A stretch of 32,000 bases of DNA. It comes from an uncultured Planctomycetia bacterium. GTDB taxonomy: Bacteria; Omnitrophota; Gorgyraeia; Duberdicusellales; 4484-171. Position 1 is the stretch's first letter, and each line of letters begins with the position of its first letter. A program made the translations under genes and the position numbers. Location: contig CAZHYN010000004.1 of the NCBI GenBank assembly GCA_964536865.1, positions 1 to 32,000 on the forward strand, read 5' to 3'. A model generated the notes under the pieces. It ran no database searches. It was not told the DNA's origin and worked only from the letters and a program-made list of their open reading frames with translations. Positions 1 to 5,077 of this stretch are shown here, piece after piece.

Positions 1-105
1 AGGCATGCGGGTAAAACTAAACAGAGAATTCTTTTTAAGAATAGTTTTATCCGCTAACCCGTTTTTACTTAAAAATCAGTAGTTAGAAAGTATAAGGGTT
101 AGAAA

Positions 106-1110
106 TTGAAAGAGGTTATCTCTATAATTGGTGCAGGGAGTTGGGGAACTACTTTAGGAGTGATTTTAGCGAAGAAAGGATTGAGGGTTTCTCTCCATAG
201 TGTTTTTAACAAAGAGAATCTTGTAATGCAAAAGAGAAGGAAGAATCCTTTCTTCCTGAAAGGTATAGCATTTCCTCCTAATCTTTCAGTAGTTACCTCC
301 TTAAGAGAGGTCTTAGAGAATAAATTTATAGTGATTGCAATTCCGGTAAAATTTATAAGAAAGATTTTAAGAAAGATAAAGAAGAGAAGTATTTCTTTTA
401 AGGGAAAGTTCTTCATTAGTGTGGCAAAAGGAATAGAAATTGGGAGTTTGAAAACCCCCTCCCAGATAATTAAGGAAGAGTTAGGTAAAGTTAAGGTTAG
501 TGTATTAAGTGGACCGACTATTGCTAAGGAGGTAATAAAAGGAGTACCTACTACTTGCATTATTGCCTCTGAGGATAGAAGGGCAGCTAAGATTCTTCAG
601 GGTATCTTTACTACCCCTTACTTTCGGGTTTACACTCATAGCGATGTGGTAGGAGTAGAATTAGGAGGGGCTCTAAAGAATATAATAGCTATTGCCTGTG
701 GGATTGCTGATGGTTTAGGCTTTGGTACTAATACCAAGGCAGCTTTGGTTACACGAGGTTTAGTAGAGATAATCAGATTAGGGAAAAAACTAGGAACTTC
801 TCCTTCTACTTTTATGGGAATAGGTGGATTAGGGGATTTAGTTACCACATGTTTTTCTTCTTACTCTCGGAATAGATTTGTGGGAGAACAAATAGGGAAA
901 GGGAAAAGTTTGAGAGAGATTTTAAGTAAAATGAAGATGATAGCTGAGGGAGTAGAGACAGTAAAGTCAGCTTACCAGTTAAGTAAGAAAGCGGGAGTGG
1001 AGATGCCTATTACCAGAGAAGTTTTTTATGTTCTTTATAGAAATAAATCCCCTCTAAAGGCGGTAAAAGATTTAATGGAGAGGCCATTAAAGTCAGAGAA
1101 GATTAATTAA
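106..1110 (+). CDS. gpsA: NAD(P)H-dependent glycerol-3-phosphate dehydrogenase
   Basis: 334-aa ORF with TTG start at 106. N-terminal Rossmann motif IGAGSWGT and GGALKNIIAIACG motif, typical full-length GpsA. Confidence 0.9.
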   Translation: MKEVISIIGAGSWGTTLGVILAKKGLRVSLHSVFNKENLVMQKRRKNPFFLKGIAFPPNLSVVTSLREVLENKFIVIAIPVKFIRKILRKIKKRSISFKGKFFISVAKGIEIGSLKTPSQIIKEELGKVKVSVLSGPTIAKEVIKGVPTTCIIASEDRRAAKILQGIFTTPYFRVYTHSDVVGVELGGALKNIIAIACGIADGLGFGTNTKAALVTRGLVEIIRLGKKLGTSPSTFMGIGGLGDLVTTCFSSYSRNRFVGEQIGKGKSLREILSKMKMIAEGVETVKSAYQLSKKAGVEMPITREVFYVLYRNKSPLKAVKDLMERPLKSEKIN

Positions 1111-1129
1111 GTTCTAGAAAGGAAGTACA

Positions 1130-1498
1130 ATGAATTGGGATGGAAGAGAGAGGAGAAGAGCTATAAGAGTAAAATTTCCCTACACGATTATTATTAATAC
1201 CTCAGGAGGAGATGTTATCTTTACTTATACTGAGGATATCGGTGCTAATGGAGTGAGAGTAGTTACTAGACAGCGGTTAGATGTGAATTCTCCTTTGGAA
1301 CTGAAGGTGTATGTTAAAGAACACCCTCTCCTCTGTAAAGGAAGAGTAGCTTGGGTAAAGGAAAGAGAGAGCCGTTACTTAGAGGGAACTGTTCTTTTCG
1401 ATACTGGTATAGAGTTTTCTCAAATTGGTGAGGAAGATAGAGATTTGATTAAAAGTTGTGCTGAAGCACTTGCTAAGAAGAGCCAAAATACCCAATAA
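1130..1498 (+). CDS. single-domain PilZ protein (putative c-di-GMP receptor)
   Basis: 122 aa. N-terminal RRAIR (RxxxR) followed by DIGANG (a D-x-S/G-x-x-G variant). Size and beta-rich pattern fit a stand-alone PilZ domain. Confidence 0.7.
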   Translation: MNWDGRERRRAIRVKFPYTIIINTSGGDVIFTYTEDIGANGVRVVTRQRLDVNSPLELKVYVKEHPLLCKGRVAWVKERESRYLEGTVLFDTGIEFSQIGEEDRDLIKSCAEALAKKSQNTQ

Positions 1499-1546
1499 AT
1501 TTTTCTTCCCAAGCAAACTTCCTTAATAAAAAGTATAGTAACTTTT

Positions 1547-1621
1547 GCGCCTGTAGCTCAATAGGAGGAGAGCATCTGGCTTCGGACCAGAGGGTTGGGT
1601 GTTCGAATCACCCCAGGCGCA
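1547..1621 (+). tRNA. tRNA-Arg (anticodon TCG)
   Basis: Hand-folded cloverleaf: acceptor GCGCCTG/CAGGCGC, D stem GCTC/GAGC, anticodon stem TCTGG/CCAGA with loop CTTCGGA, T stem GGGTG/CACCC with loop TTCGAAT, discriminator A. CCA is not encoded. Confidence 0.9.
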
Positions 1622-1698
1622 AAACTTCATCTAAACGCATAAATAAAATCCATATAATCCTTTAAACTTTTATTTTTACCCCCAACCACAGAAAACCA

Positions 1699-1738
1699 CC
1701 CCGCCCCTTTCCTTGAAAGGGCGAGGTTCGGGGTTTAC
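1699..1738. repeat. GC-rich palindromic element, degenerate copy A (inverted relative to copy at 30550-30594)
   Basis: ccccgcccctttccttgaaagggcgaggttcggggtttac matches the reverse complement of 30550-30594 with one indel and one substitution. It forms an imperfect hairpin followed by a T-rich tail, 78 nt after tRNA-Arg. Confidence 0.6.
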
Positions 1739-1746
1739 TAATTTCT

Positions 1747-1788
1747 CGGGAGGTGGCGTAGGCGGGAAGAGCGCACTTGAATGGGGTT
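1747..1788 (+). pseudogene. orphan 5' half of a tRNA-Pro(GGG) gene (acceptor 5' strand through anticodon loop)
   Basis: cgggaggtggcg (12/12) and agcgcacttgaatggggtt (19/19) are identical to 4813-4824 and 4836-4854 of the intact tRNA-Pro. The D-loop differs. Similarity ends right after the anticodon loop, and no T arm or 3' acceptor follows. Confidence 0.7.
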
Positions 1789-1870
1789 GCCTCTCAAAAC
1801 AAATCTAAAAAATCTCGCTAATTAAAGAAAATCAAGAAAAATCAATAACTTTCAGCGATTTTTATTCTTT

Positions 1871-1926
1871 ATCAATTTTAATGAATTTTAACCAATTTTA
1901 ACCTAAATTGGACACTTTTTGGACAC
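1871..1926. repeat. phased short direct repeats (3 x AATTTTA at 10-bp period; 2 x TTGGACAC at 11-bp period)
   Basis: atcaatttta/atgaatttta/accaatttta at 1871-1900. ttggacac at 1908-1915 and 1919-1926. All lie just upstream of the promoter of the 1994 gene. Confidence 0.5.
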
Positions 1927-1966
1927 CTAAAAAACTCTTGCATATAAATATAAAATAGATAAAATA

Positions 1967-1975
1967 TGGTATACT
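1967..1975 (+). promoter_or_regulatory. extended -10 promoter (TGgTATACT) for the 1994-2667 gene pair
   Basis: TG at 1967-1968 and TATACT at 1970-1975. AAGGAGGG Shine-Dalgarno at 1980-1987, ATG at 1994. No good -35 element. Confidence 0.45.
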
Positions 1976-1993
1976 ATAAAAGGAGGGAAAAAG

Positions 1994-2179
1994 ATGGTTT
2001 TAGAAAGAACAAAACTTTTTGAGAAATATCAAAATAAATGGGTAGCTTTAACTCCTGAAGATAAAGTTATAAGTGATGGGAATACCTTAGCTGAAGTATT
2101 AAAAAAAGCAGTTAAGAAAGGATATAAAGAACCGGTAGTTATTAAAATCCCTGATTTGAAATATGATTATCTTCTCTGA
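1994..2179 (+). CDS. small DUF5678-like protein (possible antitoxin-like partner)
   Basis: 61 aa with a strong SD. The pattern KYQNKWVAL..DKVIS.G.TL.EV.KKA.KKGYKEP.VIKIP resembles my recollection of DUF5678 family members. Translationally linked to the next ORF (TGATAATG). Confidence 0.55.
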   Translation: MVLERTKLFEKYQNKWVALTPEDKVISDGNTLAEVLKKAVKKGYKEPVVIKIPDLKYDYLL

Positions 2180-2181
2180 TA

Positions 2182-2667
2182 ATGACCTGCCGCTACCCTT
2201 ATACACGAGTTTCCAGTATTCATCTTCCTCAAATTATTCCTGAGATTACCAAGTTTGCTTTCCATCCTCTGATTGTTGTAGGAATTCTTAATAATTCTAA
2301 TCTTATAAGAACAAAGGCTTACATTGATACTGGCTCTCAATGGTGTCTTTTTAATAATGAGTTTGCTCCAATTTTAGGAATAAAGGATTATAAAGCTACA
2401 AAAAATAAAATTGAAATTTCAGGGATAGGGGGTAGGAAACCAGAAAATATAGCTTATTTTTATGATTTGACTTTAGTAATCTTCAAAGACTTAAAAAATC
2501 TTAAATTAAAAAATACATGGAAGATAGAAACCAAAGTTGGCTTTTTAGAGAGAGCTATTGGATTTTCGGGAATATTAGGAGTTTATGGGTTTCTTGACCA
2601 TTTTTCTTTCAAATGTAACATCCCCGAAGGTTATTTTGAGTTAGAGTCTCTTTTTGAATCTGTCTGA
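2182..2667 (+). CDS. retropepsin-like (clan AA) aspartic protease
   Basis: 161 aa. Catalytic IDTGS motif, flap-like ISGIGG, and ILGVYGFLDHF near the C-terminus, as in single-lobe retropepsin-type proteases. Confidence 0.7.
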   Translation: MTCRYPYTRVSSIHLPQIIPEITKFAFHPLIVVGILNNSNLIRTKAYIDTGSQWCLFNNEFAPILGIKDYKATKNKIEISGIGGRKPENIAYFYDLTLVIFKDLKNLKLKNTWKIETKVGFLERAIGFSGILGVYGFLDHFSFKCNIPEGYFELESLFESV

Positions 2668-2794
2668 TTAAAATTTACTATCTTCCTGATCTAATTTAAT
2701 TCAATATTTATTTTTACTAGCTCAATTATTTAAAATCCAGCAATTTTGAAAGGGAAATATTGAAGGCTTTAGCAAGCTTTTCTAAGGGAGAGAG

Positions 2795-3118
2795 TTAATC
2801 TTCTAAGGCTTTTATGATGTTTAAAATCTTTTGGAGAGTTTTAGAGTCTTTTCCAACTAAGAAACCAATTATTTCCTCTTTAATTTTATCAGTTTTGCCA
2901 CTTGAAAATAAAAATAAATCTTTAATTTCAATATCTAAAGCCCTAGCAATTTTCTCTATAGTGTCTAAGGTAGGAGCTTGTTCTCCTCGTTCAATTACTC
3001 CAATATAGGTGGGATGTAAATTTGCCTTCTCCGCTAATCTTTCTTGAGAAAGATGCTTCCTTTTTCTCAAAATTCTAACTTTCTCTCCAAATAATTTCCT
3101 TAAATTTGACTTTTCCAT
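2795..3118 (-). CDS. XRE/Cro-C1 family helix-turn-helix transcriptional regulator
   Basis: HTH core LSQERLAEKANLHPTYIGVIERGEQAPTLDTIEKIARAL. The ORF track extends to a TTG at 3184, which lies inside the divergent -35 box. The ATG at 3118 (MEKSNLRKLF) gives a typical N-terminus; the ATG at 3169 is an alternative. Confidence 0.8.
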   Translation of the reverse strand: MEKSNLRKLFGEKVRILRKRKHLSQERLAEKANLHPTYIGVIERGEQAPTLDTIEKIARALDIEIKDLFLFSSGKTDKIKEEIIGFLVGKDSKTLQKILNIIKALED

Positions 3119-3177
3119 TTTCAATAATTTTAGGCTGTATTTTATTAATTTACCAGAGACGATAACCATTATTTTTC

Positions 3178-3206
3178 TTGACAATAGTGGCTATTGCCAC
3201 TATAAT
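3178..3206 (+). promoter_or_regulatory. perfect sigma70 consensus promoter with palindromic operator in the spacer
   Basis: TTGACA (3178-3183), 17-nt spacer, TATAAT (3201-3206). The spacer and -10 contain ATAGTGGC-TATT-GCCACTAT (3184-3203), an 8+4+8 perfect inverted repeat. The promoter points at the porin gene. Confidence 0.75.
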
Positions 3207-3326
3207 TTTAAAAAAATATGTTTATAAACTATAAAAATAGATTTAAAGAAAGGAGGTGAGGAGATAAAAATAGACTTGGGTTTAATATGAAATTCGCAAA
3301 TTTAAGTTAAAGATGGGAGGTGAAAA

Positions 3327-4091
3327 ATGAAAAAGTTATATCTGGTGAGATTAGCAATTTTATATTTTTTTATTTATTCTATAGCCATTGCAGCACCTGT
3401 TGGTAATCCTGCTAAGCCAATTCTTGAAAAAGGCGACACGCCTTTTAAGGTCGGTGCCGAGCTGGATTTTGTTACTGAAAGAGATTTAGATGTTTCCGAA
3501 GAAGATGTGACTATAGAAGAATTGAACTGGTATGGAGGAAAGATATCCTATGTTCTTGCAGATAAAGTGGAGCCATATGTTTTTTTAGGTGCTGCTGGAG
3601 GTGAATTTACTGAGAAGTATACAGGTGTAGATTTAACGTATGAAACAGAGAATGATTTTGCATGGGGAGTAGGCGCCACTGTCTTCCTTTATGAGTTTGA
3701 GAACGGCTTGAGACTCGGCTTGGATAGCAAATATCGCCGAGTAGAACCAGATATTGATAAAATTATACTTAACGGCGTAAGCTATTCACCTGGGGATGTA
3801 GGCATTTCTGATTTTAGTGCTGAATATAGCGAATGGCAAATAGCTTTTGGAGTATCTAAAGAATTTGGACAATTCGTTCCTTATGGTGGGATTAAATATA
3901 CTGATGTTGAAGCATCAATGCAAGCTACAATTTCAGGGACAACTTATAAAACTGATGATGTAAATAGCGATGATGTAATCGGAATCTTTGTTGGTTGCGA
4001 TTTTCTTCCTATTGAGAATTTTTCTATTAATGTAGAAGGTAGATTTATCGACGAAACTGCTTTCTCTGTTGCCTTGAATTATAGATTCTAA
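3327..4091 (+). CDS. outer-membrane beta-barrel porin, chlamydial MOMP-like family (short, nearly cysteine-free)
   Basis: Signal peptide MKKLYLVRLAILYFFIYSIAIA followed by APVGNPAKP (MOMP mature end is LPVGNPAEP). Further matches to MOMP: VGAELDFVTERDL vs VGYYGDFVFDRVL; FAWGVGATVFLYE vs FSWSVGARAALWE; EYSEWQ...FVPYGGIKY vs DYHEWQ...FTPYIGVKW; and the C-terminus VEGRFIDETAFSVALNYRF vs VETRLIDERAAHVNAQFRF. GGGAGGTGA SD lies upstream. Confidence 0.8.
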   Translation: MKKLYLVRLAILYFFIYSIAIAAPVGNPAKPILEKGDTPFKVGAELDFVTERDLDVSEEDVTIEELNWYGGKISYVLADKVEPYVFLGAAGGEFTEKYTGVDLTYETENDFAWGVGATVFLYEFENGLRLGLDSKYRRVEPDIDKIILNGVSYSPGDVGISDFSAEYSEWQIAFGVSKEFGQFVPYGGIKYTDVEASMQATISGTTYKTDDVNSDDVIGIFVGCDFLPIENFSINVEGRFIDETAFSVALNYRF

Positions 4092-4424
4092 ATTAACTCT
4101 TATATATTATTTATTCTCTGAGACGTGTTGCAGTGAATATATGTAGGGCGTAATAGTATCTTTCTATAAATACAAAATCGTTAGTCTAATTTTTTAAATT
4201 GCTACAAATTTACTCGCTCACCTAATTAGTAGAGAGTAAAATCATTTGTACACCAACTATTTGCATATCCATTAGATGCGTTTTGGGCGTAATTTTAGAG
4301 TATCAATTCTTGATTTTAAAATAAGGAATCTATCTTTTATTTTTTAAGCTTTTAAAAGAACTTCTCTCACTATAAGAACTACTATCTATCTTTTCATATA
4401 ATACGCGGATTTCAGTCAAAACCC

Positions 4425-4452
4425 TTTACATTTCTAAGGAAACAAGTATAAT
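4425..4452 (+). promoter_or_regulatory. near-consensus sigma70 promoter inside ORF-free region, ~360 nt upstream of tRNA-Pro
   Basis: TTTACA (4425-4430), 16-nt spacer, TATAAT (4447-4452). No ORF of 60 aa or more follows before the tRNA. Confidence 0.55.
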
Positions 4453-4812
4453 AAATTTTAAGAAAGTATTGTAAGGCTCTATGAAACTTGGGACATCAGA
4501 AGGTACAGATTTCCATAGATAAATCAAGGTGATTCTTTCTCCTATGATGTAATGCTACAAGCTAAAACCTAAGCAGAAGAAAACGCCTTGCTGTTATTCC
4601 TGTAGCAGAAACGAAGAAGAAAAAAAATCCTTGCGTGTTATACTATAGGGTTGGCAGTGAACCGAGTTTAGCTTCTCTGAATAGCTTTGAGGTGAATGCA
4701 AGATGGGGGTAGAGCCTCTATGATTTCCCTTCAGGGTGTCAAGGAAGCAATTTTTCTTCTGTGAAATTCTTATGAGCGTAGTGTCAAGGGGAAGGATCCC
4801 CCTTGATGTATT

Positions 4813-4888
4813 CGGGAGGTGGCGCAGTCTGGATTAGCGCACTTGAATGGGGTTCAAGGGGTCGCGGGTTCAAATCCCGCCCTCCCGA
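4813..4888 (+). tRNA. tRNA-Pro (anticodon GGG)
   Basis: Hand-folded cloverleaf: acceptor CGGGAGG/CCTCCCG, D stem GCGC/GCGC, anticodon stem CTTGA/TCAAG with loop ATGGGGT, variable GGGTC, T stem GCGGG/CCCGC with loop TTCAAAT, discriminator A. CCA is not encoded. Confidence 0.9.
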
Positions 4889-4944
4889 GGTTATTTGATA
4901 ATGTAAAAACTTAGCGATAGAAGCAAAATCTCAACTGTTTATCT

Positions 4945-5030
4945 GGAGGGCCTAATACATTTTTGGAAGCAATAAGCCCTTTGGGCTAGTCCTGATTTTA
5001 TCAGGATATTGCTTTCAAATCCCGCCCTCC
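4945..5030 (+). other. compact nested-helix element between the two att-like repeats
   Basis: GGAGGGC (4945-4951) pairs with GCCCTCC (5024-5030). AAGCAATA (4967-4974) pairs with TATTGCTT (5007-5014). That inner helix directly encloses hairpins AGCCC-TTT-GGGCT (4975-4987) and TCCTGAT-TTT-ATCAGGA (4990-5006). Confidence 0.35.
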
Positions 5031-5033
5031 CGA
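5014..5033 (+). repeat. 20-nt exact direct repeat of the tRNA-Pro 3' end (att-like scar)
   Basis: ttcaaatcccgccctcccga at 5014-5033 equals 4869-4888 (T loop, T stem 3' strand, acceptor 3' strand, discriminator). It is followed by a T tract, TTTTTTGTTTTG. Confidence 0.7.
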
Positions 5034-5077
5034 TTTTTTGTTTTGTAGAGAGGATAATAAATTTCTAAGGAGGAAAA

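Noticed and set aside
1-105. Possible 3' end of an upstream gene. Frame 1 is open to the TAA at 55-57, and frame 2 is open to the TAG at 80-82.
   Set aside because: Only 18-26 codons are visible and neither translation carries a recognisable C-terminal motif (I considered PlsY and Der). There is too little sequence to call.
1534-1539. TATAGT box 7 nt upstream of the tRNA-Arg 5' end as a dedicated promoter. A TATAAT at 1653-1658 and another at 4397-4402 were considered too.
   Set aside because: No acceptable -35 or extended -10 partner at the correct spacing. AT-rich DNA produces many isolated -10-like hexamers.
2814-3008. 64-aa + strand ORF overlapping the XRE regulator gene.
   Set aside because: It lies antisense to a clear HTH_XRE coding sequence, has no ribosome-binding site, and its product is hydrophobic and low-complexity.
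4481-4522. 13-codon mini-ORF (MKLGTSEGTDFHR) just downstream of the 4425 promoter, and a 7-codon mini-ORF at 3288-3311 in the porin leader.
   Set aside because: Only weak or absent SD sequences, no conservation information, and such short ORFs are expected by chance. I mention them only as possibilities within the non-coding findings.
4733-4755. CAGGGTGTCAAGGAAGCAA resembles the conserved GGAAGGAAGCAGC segment of SRP (4.5S) RNA helix 8.
   Set aside because: There is no complementary strand to form helix 8 around a GNRA tetraloop, and the flanking conserved SRP nucleotides are missing.
4990-5006. A hammerhead ribozyme, suggested by CUGAU within a three-way junction.
   Set aside because: The CUGAU is base-paired inside a hairpin stem. 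The junction has no conserved CUGANGA and GAAA single-stranded core.
4945-5033. A tRNA-like or tmRNA-like gene, suggested by the acceptor-type pairing and the TTCAAATCCCGCC T-loop-like 3' end.
   Set aside because: The 5' strand of a T stem is absent (GCTT vs GGG), there is no D arm or anticodon arm geometry, no G3:U70 pair and no tag ORF. The 3' end is better explained as a duplicated att core.
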